Source of the DNA: Chlamydiota bacterium | GTDB lineage: Bacteria; Auribacterota; Tritonobacteria; UBA1439 | Length of the DNA stretch: 29,074 nucleotides | Reading direction: 5' to 3' | Assembly (NCBI GenBank): GCA_012729785.1 | Contig: JAAYCL010000017.1 | Span: 1 to 29,074, forward strand | Part shown: positions 1-7,596 of the stretch, one piece after another | Layout of the letters: each line of letters starts with the position of its first letter | Position numbering within the stretch: position 1 is the stretch's first letter | Made by a program: the position numbers and the translations under genes | Notes under the pieces: model-generated | Databases searched by the model: none | Seen by the model: the letters and a program-made list of their open reading frames with translations, nothing else | Told to the model about the DNA's origin: nothing

Positions 1-63
1 ACAATCCAGTGCTTCACTGATACTCAGCCCGGCTGGCAAGAGAAGAGCGTGGAAGTTCAGTGC

Positions 64-111
64 AGGGGGGCAGGCCTTACTGGCAAGGTGTCTTTACGCT
101 TGCCTTCTGCC
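64..111 (-). terminator. Nested GC-rich hairpin (GGCAG..GGCAAG-loop-CTTGCC..CTGCC) just downstream of the SPFH gene stop; possible terminator or stabilising stem-loop, no clear U-tract
   Basis: Inverted repeats read from the sequence at ~69-74/107-111 and 82-87/99-104. It lies 3' of the minus-strand gene ending at 138. Confidence 0.25.
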
Positions 112-137
112 TACATAGGTGACCCCGGCCGTTCTCC

Positions 138-1016
138 TCAGCCCTTCTTGAGCGGCAGCACCCCCGCGAGCTCCCCGATCACGTTGACGAGCTCCGCGTT
201 CTGCGGCACGACCACCTTCGCGTTCGCCGCGAGCGCCTTCTCCACCGCCTCGAGCTTCCGGAGCACCTGCGCGTTCCCGACGAAGTACCGCTCCGCCGCC
301 TCGTTGACGAGCCGTATCGCCTCCGCCTCGCCCTCGGCCTGGAGGATCCGCGCCTGCTTGATCCCTTCGGCCTTCTTGATCTCGGCCCGCTTCTGCCCGT
401 CGGCGGCGGTCTCGGTCGCGGTGGCGAAGTCCACGGCGGCGATCTTCTCGTTCTCCGCCTTCACCACCTTGTTCATCGTCTCCTGCACATCCTTCGGGGG
501 GTCGATCTCCTTCAGCTCCGTGCGCACGATCTCGATCCCCCAGTGCTGCGTCTCCATGCAGAGGGTCTTGTGGAGTTCCTCGTTGATCTTGCCCCGCTCG
601 CTGTTGGCGGATTTGAGGGTCAGCGTGCCGATGATATTCCTGAGCGTCGTGCGGGCGAGGTTCACGATCTGCCACTCGTAATGGTGCACGTTGTACTGCG
701 AGTTTTTGACGCTCTCCTCGTCCTGCCGCACCTTGAAGTAGACCTGGGCGTCCACGCGGGCGTTCAGGTTGTCGTTGGTGATGATCTCCTGCGGCTGGGC
801 GTCCACCATCTGCTCGGTGACGTTGACCTGGAACATCCTGTCGATGACGGGGATGATCCAGTGGAATCCCGGCTCGGCGAAACGGCGGTACCTGCCGAGG
901 CGCTCGATCAGGCCGCGATGCGTGGGCCTGACGATGCGGATGCCCATGAAGAAGAGCACGACGGCGACCATGAAGACAGGGACAAGGATCATCCGGCCCT
1001 CCAATTCTCCGCGCAC
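138..1016 (-). CDS. SPFH/Band-7 (stomatin/prohibitin/HflC-like) membrane protein
   Basis: The 292-aa ORF has an N-terminal TM segment (ILVPVFMVAVVLFFMGI) followed by a typical SPFH core (RFAEPGFHWIIPVIDR..., EIITNDNLNARVDAQVYFKV) and a coiled-coil Ala/Glu-rich C-terminus. Codon bias is consistent with the rest of the window. Confidence 0.88.
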   Translation of the reverse strand: MRGELEGRMILVPVFMVAVVLFFMGIRIVRPTHRGLIERLGRYRRFAEPGFHWIIPVIDRMFQVNVTEQMVDAQPQEIITNDNLNARVDAQVYFKVRQDEESVKNSQYNVHHYEWQIVNLARTTLRNIIGTLTLKSANSERGKINEELHKTLCMETQHWGIEIVRTELKEIDPPKDVQETMNKVVKAENEKIAAVDFATATETAADGQKRAEIKKAEGIKQARILQAEGEAEAIRLVNEAAERYFVGNAQVLRKLEAVEKALAANAKVVVPQNAELVNVIGELAGVLPLKKG

Positions 1017-1033
1017 GGCGCGCGGGAACGCCT

Positions 1034-2242
1034 CTATCTCCCCGCATCCGCCTCTGGCGCCGCGGGGGCGCCGCCAGCCTTCGCCTCGGGCGCCGCGGGC
1101 TCGTCGGGCGCCGCGGGGGCGCCGCCGGCCTTCGCCTCGGGCGCCGCGGGCTCCTCGGGCGCCACGGGGGCGCCGCCGGCCTCAGCCTCGGGCGCCGCGG
1201 CCCCCTGCGGGTCGCCGCTCTGCGCCGGTGAGAATGCCTGCGGAGCCGGGCGAAACTCCTCGGCGGGGTATTCTATCTTCGCCTCTGTGCGAAGCTTCTC
1301 GAGGTACTCCCGCGCGGCATTCCCCTTCCTCTGCTGCGTGAGGAATTCGGATATCCGCGCGGAGGCGTTCTCGAGCGACGCCTTCTCCGGCTCCTTCCGG
1401 TCGGTCACCTTGATCAGATGGTAGCCGAACGGGGTCTCGACGACCTCTCCGAGCTCTCCCTTGGGCTGCGCGAAGGCGGCCGTTTCGAACTCGGGGACCA
1501 TCTTCCCCTTTTCGAAGAAGCCCAGGTCCCCGCCGCTCTCCTTGCTGGGGCAGTCGGAGTTCGCCTTCGCGACCTCGGCGAAGTCGGCGCCTCCGGCGAT
1601 CTTCTCGCGCAGGGCGGCGAGCGCCGCCTTCCTCTCCGCCTTCTTCTCGGGGGGATCGTCGGCGGAGACGGCCAAGAGGATATGGCTCGCCCGGACCCGC
1701 TCGGGGAGGTCGAAGCTGGAGACGTTGGCCTCGTAGAACTCCTTGATCTCCTCCGCGGTCGGCTCCGTCCCCTTCGGCAGCTGCCGGTCGAGGAGCTCCT
1801 TGATCACGAGGTTCTGCGCGATGTCGCGCCTGAGCTCCGCCTCGCCGACGCCCATCGCGGAGAGCTGCTCCTTCATCTTCTCGGGATCGGGGAACATCTT
1901 CACGACCTTCTCCATCTGTTCCTCGACCGCCTTCGGGTCCGCAACGACCCCCTTCCGCTCCGCCTCCTGGACGAGAAGCCTCTGGTTGACGAGGTTTTCG
2001 AGGGCCTGTCTCCCGAGCGCGGTCTTGATCGAGGCGCGCTGTTCGTCGGAGACGCCCGCCCCCATCTGTTTCGTGAAGGCGTCGGTGATGCGGTCGACCT
2101 CCGCGCGCGGGATCGGCGCGCCGTTGACGACCGCGGCCGCGCCTCCCGCGTCCGTCTCGGCGGCCTCCCTCATGCCGCACCCCCCGCCCGCGAGCGCCGC
2201 CGCGCAGGCGCACGCCACCGCGCACCCCAGGTACCGCTTCAT
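1034..2242 (-). CDS. SurA/PrsA-like peptidyl-prolyl cis-trans isomerase (parvulin/PpiC type), probable lipoprotein, with a repetitive Ala/Pro/Glu-rich C-terminal tail
   Basis: The signal peptide has a Cys lipobox-like site (LAGGGC). The parvulin domain is recognisable (SHILLAV..., GGDLGFF..., FGYHLIKV). An N-terminal SurA-like chaperone region is present. The C-terminal 17-aa repeats are AAPEAKAGGAPAAPDEP. Confidence 0.85.
   Translation of the reverse strand: MKRYLGCAVACACAAALAGGGCGMREAAETDAGGAAAVVNGAPIPRAEVDRITDAFTKQMGAGVSDEQRASIKTALGRQALENLVNQRLLVQEAERKGVVADPKAVEEQMEKVVKMFPDPEKMKEQLSAMGVGEAELRRDIAQNLVIKELLDRQLPKGTEPTAEEIKEFYEANVSSFDLPERVRASHILLAVSADDPPEKKAERKAALAALREKIAGGADFAEVAKANSDCPSKESGGDLGFFEKGKMVPEFETAAFAQPKGELGEVVETPFGYHLIKVTDRKEPEKASLENASARISEFLTQQRKGNAAREYLEKLRTEAKIEYPAEEFRPAPQAFSPAQSGDPQGAAAPEAEAGGAPVAPEEPAAPEAKAGGAPAAPDEPAAPEAKAGGAPAAPEADAGR
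1058..1200. repeat. About 2.8 copies of a 51-bp tandem repeat (cgccgcgggggcgccgccRgccttcgcctcgggcgccgcgggctcNtcggg) inside the 3' end of the PPIase gene
   Basis: Direct visual alignment of 1058-1108, 1109-1159 and 1160-1200. The repeat encodes the AAPEAKAGGAPAAPDEP units. Confidence 0.8.
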
Positions 2243-2291
2243 CGTCGCCGTCCCTTCCCGGGCGCCGCGTGGCGCCCGCGTTGTTCGATGC

Positions 2292-2711
2292 TCAACGCCC
2301 CTTGAGCTTCCTCACCGTCTCCGGCGTGCCCGCGGAGTCGAAGCTGGGCGGTACGCGCAGCTCGCAGCGCATCTCGAGCTTCTTGAGCGCCTCGTAGCTG
2401 CTGTACCTGCCGCCGCACCAGTCCGTGAGATGCCCGTCCACGAACCACGCCCTGACCACATGCGTGGTGGGGACCTTGATCCAGCCGTAGTCGTCGAGGT
2501 AGTTGGGGATCCCCATCGACTCCCTGGAGTAGTCGATCGCCTGTACGAAGCTGTTCCCCACCTTCTCGTGGTAGATCGCCTTGGGTTGGCCGTACAGCGC
2601 GGTCACCTCGTCCTGGGTCATCCCCGCCTTCAGTCTTTCCGTCCGCAGCGTCCCGCAACCGCAGACGACCGCCGCCGCGAGGACGACCGCCGCACGCACC
2701 GTCGTCTTCAT
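2292..2711 (-). CDS. Small outer-membrane lipoprotein, BamE/SmpA-OmlA-like
   Basis: The 139-aa ORF has a signal peptide ending in the lipobox-like AAVVCGC. It carries a GMTQDEVTALYGQP motif resembling the BamE fold and has an RBS (AAAGGAGG) upstream of the ATG. Confidence 0.6.
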   Translation of the reverse strand: MKTTVRAAVVLAAAVVCGCGTLRTERLKAGMTQDEVTALYGQPKAIYHEKVGNSFVQAIDYSRESMGIPNYLDDYGWIKVPTTHVVRAWFVDGHLTDWCGGRYSSYEALKKLEMRCELRVPPSFDSAGTPETVRKLKGR

Positions 2712-2784
2712 TCGATCCTCCTTTCGCGCCTCGCGCAGTGTAGCACACCCCCCGCCGCCGCGCCAAGCGCGCAGTTCCCCGTTT

Positions 2785-3192
2785 CTACTCCTCCGTCGCC
2801 AGCGACACGTCGTAGATCCCCGCCTCCTGGCAGGCGTTCAGGACCGCCACGATGTTCTGGTGGTACGCCTGCGCGTCGCCGCGCACGAAGACGCGGGGCT
2901 TCTGCGCCGCCGCCAGCGTCTCCTTGAGCCGTTTCGGCAACTCCTCGACCGTGACCGGCTTCTCCCCCATCGTGATCGTGCCGTCCTTCGCCACCGTCAC
3001 CGCGATCGGCTGGATCTCCATCGACACCGCCTCCGAGGATTTGGCCTTCGGCAGGTCCACCTGGAGCTCCCGCTGAACCCGCTGGAAGGAGGTGGCGACC
3101 AGAAAGAAGACAAGCAGGTTGAAGACGACGTCGATGAGCGGCGTCAGGTTCAGCTCATCCCCCTCCGTCCACTTCTTCCGCACGAGTCTCAT
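2785..3192 (-). CDS. exbD: ExbD/TolR family biopolymer transport protein
   Basis: The 135-aa protein begins at the internal Met (MRLVRKKWTEGDELNLTPLIDVVFNLLVFFLV...), a canonical ExbD/TolR N-terminus with a single TM. The ATG overlaps the upstream ExbB stop (ATGA). The upstream part of the long track ORF is a frame artefact. Confidence 0.9.
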   Translation of the reverse strand: MRLVRKKWTEGDELNLTPLIDVVFNLLVFFLVATSFQRVQRELQVDLPKAKSSEAVSMEIQPIAVTVAKDGTITMGEKPVTVEELPKRLKETLAAAQKPRVFVRGDAQAYHQNIVAVLNACQEAGIYDVSLATEE

Positions 3193-3911
3193 CGCTCGCC
3201 CCTCCTCTCGAACAGGTCCTCGAGAAACGCCCGAAGCGTGATCTCCATCCGCTCCGAGACCCTGCCCTCGAGGATACCGCGGAAGTAATGGTAGAAGGCG
3301 AGCGTGGGGATGGCGATGAGGAGCCCCGCGGCGGTCGTGATGAGCGCCTCCGAGATGCCCGCCGCGAGGAGGTCGGCCCTTCCCAACCCGGACTCCGAGG
3401 CCACCACGTTGAACGCCTTGATGATGCCGAAGATCGTGCCCAAAAGCCCCAGGAGCGGGCTGATGTTCGAGATCACCAGGAGCGGCCTGATCCGCAGGGC
3501 AAGGTCGTCCATCTCCCGAGCGCCGAGATCCTCCACGGTGCTCCGGATCACCGCGTTCGAGATCGACGGTCGTTCGTTCAGCGTCAGGGCGACGGTGAAG
3601 ACCGAGGCGGCGGGGTTCCGGTGCTTCCGGCAGTACGCCATCGCCCGGTCGAACTCCCCCGCCGCCACGAGCGCCCGCACATGCTTGACGAACGGGAGCG
3701 GCACGATGCGGTCCGGGCGCATCATGATGAACCGCTCCACGGCGAACCCGAGCGCCAGGACCGAGCAGGCGAGGAGCGGCCACATCAGCACTCCCCCCCG
3801 CTCGAACTCCTGAAACCTCAGAGTGAACCACGAATCCGCCGCGCAGCACGCGGGCGCCGCCGCACACAGGAACGCCGCCAGTGCCGACAGTTGCCGCATC
3901 GACCTTCTCAT
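3189..3911 (-). CDS. exbB: MotA/TolQ/ExbB proton-channel protein
   Basis: The 240-aa protein has three TM segments and the conserved C-terminal ExbB/TolQ core (NISPLLGLLGTIFGIIKAF ... GISEALITTAAGLLIAIP). It is translationally coupled to exbD. Confidence 0.9.
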   Translation of the reverse strand: MRRSMRQLSALAAFLCAAAPACCAADSWFTLRFQEFERGGVLMWPLLACSVLALGFAVERFIMMRPDRIVPLPFVKHVRALVAAGEFDRAMAYCRKHRNPAASVFTVALTLNERPSISNAVIRSTVEDLGAREMDDLALRIRPLLVISNISPLLGLLGTIFGIIKAFNVVASESGLGRADLLAAGISEALITTAAGLLIAIPTLAFYHYFRGILEGRVSERMEITLRAFLEDLFERRGER

Positions 3912-4921
3912 CTCATTCCCCCCTTCCGTTGTTCCCCGCCGCCCGCGGGGCGCTCAGGAGCCCCGGCCGCCGCGGGCTGCTGTCCCGCACCCGCCGATTG
4001 TGCCTTCTTCTCCGCCGACGCCACCGTGAACCCCGGCCCCCGGAACGACCAGGCGGGGACGAAGACCACCCGGTCGAGTTCCTCCGGTTCCGTTTCCGAT
4101 TGCGCGAAGTACCGTTCCTCGGCCGCGATGATCGCCGCCACGGCCGCGGCCGAGGGAGAGAGGTAGGAACGCGGCGGACCGTCCGTCGGCTCCTCCAGCG
4201 ATACGGCCCCCGGCCCCGCGGGGGGCATCGGCGGCCTCTTTCCCCTCCGTTTCACGCCGACGCGCGAGGCGAGGTTCCGCATCTGCCCCTGCGTGAGGAG
4301 CCACTCCGAGGTGAAACGGAGGTTGAAATCGGTCACCGGCCGGCTCCCGTAGCCGACCTCCATCTTGAAGACGTCCATGATGCGGCCGATCTCGAAGTCG
4401 GAGCATTTCCTGAGGTCGATCACCCGCCGGTAGCCGACCGTCCCCTCCTCGGCCAGCGCCTCCTCGACGCGGAGGGCCTCCGAGGTTTTCGAGACCCAGG
4501 TGCGCGCCATCGTCTCCCGATCCTGGAGCATCTCCCGCAGGCGCGTCTCCTTTGCCTTGACCGACTTCTCGGCGATCTCCGGGCTGAGCACGCGCGAGAG
4601 CTTCCGCCGTATCTCCTCCGCGCCGTAGACCGGCCGCCGCACCGGGGGCTTCTCCGCCGGCTTGGCCTCGGGCGCCTTCAGCGGGGCCGGGGCCTTCACC
4701 GGGGCGGCATCCCGCGCACGCGGCCTGAGCGTGAGGGAGACGCGCCTCCCCCCGGCCGGCCTCACGCGGGGCGGCTTCCCGAACCAGCGGGGGCCGAAGG
4801 AGAAGAGGAACGCAAGGTGCACGGCGAGCGAGGCGGCGAGGCAGACGAAGAGGATCCTGCGGCGCCGCCGCCTCTCCGCCTCCCGCCACGACCGTTCCCG
4901 CCCGCCCGTCTTCGCCTTCAT
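3908..4921 (-). CDS. Membrane-anchored Pro/Ala/Lys-rich protein, TonB/TolA-like in architecture but lacking a recognisable TonB C-terminal domain; putative energy-transducer partner of ExbB/ExbD
   Basis: Start taken at MKAKTGG, where the ATG overlaps the stop of the upstream gene (tcat/ATGA at 4918-4921). A GGAGG sequence lies upstream. The protein has an N-terminal signal-anchor (ILFVCLAASLAVHLAFLF), a proline-rich spacer (APVKAPAPLKAPEAKPAEKPPVRRP) and a ~230-aa C-terminal region with no motif I recognise. An alternative GTG start at 4933 is possible. Confidence 0.65.
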   Translation of the reverse strand: MKAKTGGRERSWREAERRRRRRILFVCLAASLAVHLAFLFSFGPRWFGKPPRVRPAGGRRVSLTLRPRARDAAPVKAPAPLKAPEAKPAEKPPVRRPVYGAEEIRRKLSRVLSPEIAEKSVKAKETRLREMLQDRETMARTWVSKTSEALRVEEALAEEGTVGYRRVIDLRKCSDFEIGRIMDVFKMEVGYGSRPVTDFNLRFTSEWLLTQGQMRNLASRVGVKRRGKRPPMPPAGPGAVSLEEPTDGPPRSYLSPSAAAVAAIIAAEERYFAQSETEPEELDRVVFVPAWSFRGPGFTVASAEKKAQSAGAGQQPAAAGAPERPAGGGEQRKGGMR

Positions 4922-7479
4922 TCCTCCACCCACTCCTCCGCCTCCTCCGCCTCCTCCTGCCCCACCTTCAACTGCTCCTCGGCGTCGTCGACGACCTTCC
5001 CCGCCCGCTCTATGGTTTCGGTCGCCTTCTCCTTCGCCTCCTCGTACTCCGCGCGGTCGAAATGATCGCGCGCCTCCGCCATCAGATCCCTTGCCTCGTC
5101 GAGGTCTGACCGAAGCGTATCGAACTCCTCCTCGAGCTCGTCCTCCGTCTCCTGCACCGAATTCTCCGCCTCGGTGATCGCGTTCTCCGCCTCCTCGATC
5201 TCCTTCTCCGCCTCCTCGCGGAGCTCCCCGGAGATCCCGAGCAGCTTCTCCGCCTCCTCGCGGGCCGCGGTGGCCGTCTCGAGAGCCTCCTGCGCTGCGT
5301 TGTTCGCCTCCTCGGAAGCCTCCGCCTCGACGAACCCCTCCGCGTCGCCGACAAGATCCTGCGCCTTCTCGAGGAGATCGCGCGCTTCGCTCATGTCGAC
5401 CTGCTCCCCCTCGCCGCGGTCGATCAGGTCGGAGGCGACCTCGATCTCGTCGCGCGCCTGGTCGAGCAGGTCCTGCGCGTCGCCTCCGCGGTCGTCGCCC
5501 CGCGCCGCCGCCCTGAGATTGAGCTTGTCGGCCAGCGACCCCCTGAGCCGCGCGATCTCCATCCCCGGGAACTCGTCGGTCAGGCCGAAGTAGAACGCGA
5601 TCTTCTTCTTCAGCACCAGGTCGGCCCCGTCGATCTCCAGGACCCGGTGCTTCAGGAGGTCCCTGAATATCCGGTCGATCCTCTGATAGCCGCGCTGCGA
5701 CGTCTCGTACCAGGTGAGGGCGATGAGAAGCTGCGCACGGTCCTGCAGGTCATCGTCCGGATCGGCGTCGAGGATCTCGTCGCACCGCGCATAGACCGAC
5801 TTGGCGTCGCCCGTGAACGACGCCTCGTACGCGCCGCGCAGGAGGAGCAGGAGGGCGCCACGCTGCTGCGCCTTGCGCTGGGCGTAGAGGTCGAGCATCC
5901 TCCCCGCCTGCGCGGCCATCGTGCTCTTGGCGTGCCTCTCCGCGACCGCGCGGAACTGTTTCGCCGCCCCCTCGAGGTCCCCGGCCTCGTAGAGCTCCCT
6001 CCCCTTCGCGAAGAGCCGGATCGCCTCCGCCTCCCGCGCGGCCCCGCGCACCGTCCGGTCGCCGGGCGCCCAGTGCTCGCTCACCGCGAGTGCGCGGGAC
6101 GCGGCGTCGACATCGCCCCCGGCGATCGCGTCGACGGCCGACTGGAACAGCTCCTCCGACACCAGGGCGTCGGGGGGGATCCCTTGGAGCGTCTCCACGA
6201 TCTGCGCGATCCGCGCCTGGCCCATCTTCCGCAGGCCGCTCGCCCCTTCCGGGATGGCCGCGTAGAGGGCGGCGGCGCGCATCAGGAAGTCGTACGACGC
6301 GAACCGCTTCTTCTCGAAGCGGGCGTTGCCGGCGGCGGCCTCGAGCCGGTTCGCCTCGCGGTAGACCTTCCAGGCGTTCTCCGGCACGTCCAGATCCCGC
6401 AGCTCGTCGAGGCCGTAGAGCGCGCCGAGGCGCGAGAGCGTCCAGTCGGAGCGGTATCCCTCGCGCAGGAGGAGCCCGAGGACGATCCGCGCGCGGTCGG
6501 TGCGGCCCTGCTCGATGCTCGACCGGGCGAGCGCGGAGAGGGCGGTGAGGAACAGCGCCTTCTGCTTTTCGCTCGCCGGGGAGCGGATCTCGATGCCGGC
6601 CGCCGCCATCAGTTTCTCGAGCGCCTCGAGTTCGCGCACGGAGGCGTACTGCTCCATCGCCGCCTCGGTCGAGTCGATCCTCGGCGGGGCCGCGTCCCCC
6701 GCGATCAGGCGGTACGCCGCAGCCGCGTCGTCCCGCATCCCGCGCCGGAGGTAGAAGGTGCAGGCGTCGCGATGGAACCCGTCCCGGGCCGAGGGGGTCA
6801 CCCGCGCCTTCCGCGGCGTTCCGACGGTCGCCAGCGCATTGCGCATCAACGACGCCGCGTCGCGCACGGAACCCGCGGCCGCCTGGCGTACGATGACGTT
6901 GTAGCCCCGCCCGGAGAGATACTGCGCGCGCACGGGCCCCGCCCATCCGGCGGACCGTTCGAGCGCGCCCTTGATCGCCGCGGCCGGGTTGGCGAGGAGC
7001 CGCGGCGGGGGGGGGGACACGGCGACGTCGTCGGGGTGGGCGGCGATGTCCGCAAGGAAGCGCGCGCGCGCCTCCTCCCTGTCGGGCGGACCCCACGAGG
7101 GGAGCGGGGACGCCGCCTCGATCAGCGTCCGCGACAGGACGCCGAGGCGGTAGACCAGGTACGGGGACGGCCCGGCGGCGAAGAGGGCGCGCAGCAGGGC
7201 GACCTGCGCCGCGAGCGCCTCCGAAGCCGGCCCCGCGGCGTCCACCCCCGCGATGCCGGCGTAGGCGAACGCCGTCGACGGCGTCGCGTCGAGCCCCTCG
7301 CGGTAATATTCCGGCTGCGCGCGGAGGAGCGCGGGGACGGGCCCGTCGAACCCGGCGAGCGCCGCCGAGGCCGCCCGCTCGATGAAGGCGTCCGCGCCGA
7401 ACCCGGGCGCCACGGAGAGGAGGAGGGCGCAGGCCGCAACGACGGCGACGCGTGCGGCGGGCGCGGGCGGCGGGTTCAT
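4918..7479 (-). CDS. Large secreted helical-repeat (TPR-like) protein with an extremely acidic coiled-coil C-terminal tail
   Basis: The 853-aa ORF has a signal peptide (VAVVAACALLLSVAPGFGADA). It is Ala/Leu/Arg/Tyr-rich and alpha-helical-repeat-like throughout. The last ~135 aa are E/D/A-rich heptad-like repeats (EEAEKEIEEAENAITEAENSV...EEAEEAEEWVEE). The antisense 831-aa ORF is low-complexity R/G/P junk. Confidence 0.75.
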   Translation of the reverse strand: MNPPPAPAARVAVVAACALLLSVAPGFGADAFIERAASAALAGFDGPVPALLRAQPEYYREGLDATPSTAFAYAGIAGVDAAGPASEALAAQVALLRALFAAGPSPYLVYRLGVLSRTLIEAASPLPSWGPPDREEARARFLADIAAHPDDVAVSPPPPRLLANPAAAIKGALERSAGWAGPVRAQYLSGRGYNVIVRQAAAGSVRDAASLMRNALATVGTPRKARVTPSARDGFHRDACTFYLRRGMRDDAAAAYRLIAGDAAPPRIDSTEAAMEQYASVRELEALEKLMAAAGIEIRSPASEKQKALFLTALSALARSSIEQGRTDRARIVLGLLLREGYRSDWTLSRLGALYGLDELRDLDVPENAWKVYREANRLEAAAGNARFEKKRFASYDFLMRAAALYAAIPEGASGLRKMGQARIAQIVETLQGIPPDALVSEELFQSAVDAIAGGDVDAASRALAVSEHWAPGDRTVRGAAREAEAIRLFAKGRELYEAGDLEGAAKQFRAVAERHAKSTMAAQAGRMLDLYAQRKAQQRGALLLLLRGAYEASFTGDAKSVYARCDEILDADPDDDLQDRAQLLIALTWYETSQRGYQRIDRIFRDLLKHRVLEIDGADLVLKKKIAFYFGLTDEFPGMEIARLRGSLADKLNLRAAARGDDRGGDAQDLLDQARDEIEVASDLIDRGEGEQVDMSEARDLLEKAQDLVGDAEGFVEAEASEEANNAAQEALETATAAREEAEKLLGISGELREEAEKEIEEAENAITEAENSVQETEDELEEEFDTLRSDLDEARDLMAEARDHFDRAEYEEAKEKATETIERAGKVVDDAEEQLKVGQEEAEEAEEWVEE
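7007..7016. repeat. G10 (coding-strand C10) homopolymer tract inside the TPR-like gene, encoding PPPP
   Basis: Ten consecutive G residues read directly from the sequence. Confidence 0.8.
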
Positions 7480-7525
7480 CGTCCCCCCGTCTGCGCCGCC
7501 CCGCCCGCATCCGGAAGCGGTCCTG

Positions 7526-7534
7526 TGGTATACT
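7526..7534 (+). promoter_or_regulatory. Extended -10 element TGgTATACT upstream of the ECF sigma operon, in the divergent intergenic region shared with the TPR gene
   Basis: A TGn+TATACT match to the sigma70 extended -10 lies 63 nt upstream of the ATG at 7597. There is no good -35, which is consistent with extended -10 promoters. A similar TGGTATCC follows at 7571. Confidence 0.3.
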
Positions 7535-7596
7535 CGGGACGGTCGCGGGATGTCATGGGATGCGCCCTATGGTATCCGATAGGACCGGGGTTTGAA

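Noticed and set aside
94-1047. A 317-aa minus-strand ORF overlaps the SPFH gene.
   Set aside because: It is an alternate frame of a gene with a clear Band-7 signature. Its product is R/G/D-rich.
2785-3867. A 360-aa track ORF suggests a much longer ExbD.
   Set aside because: The N-terminal 225 aa are an R/G/P-rich out-of-frame overlap of exbB. The genuine ExbD starts at the internal MRLVRKKW with an ATGA overlap.
5750-7510. A 586-aa minus-strand ORF overlaps the TPR gene in another frame.
   Set aside because: Its composition is Arg/Gly/Pro-rich with no hydrophobic core. It is an alternate-frame artefact of a 70% GC coding region.
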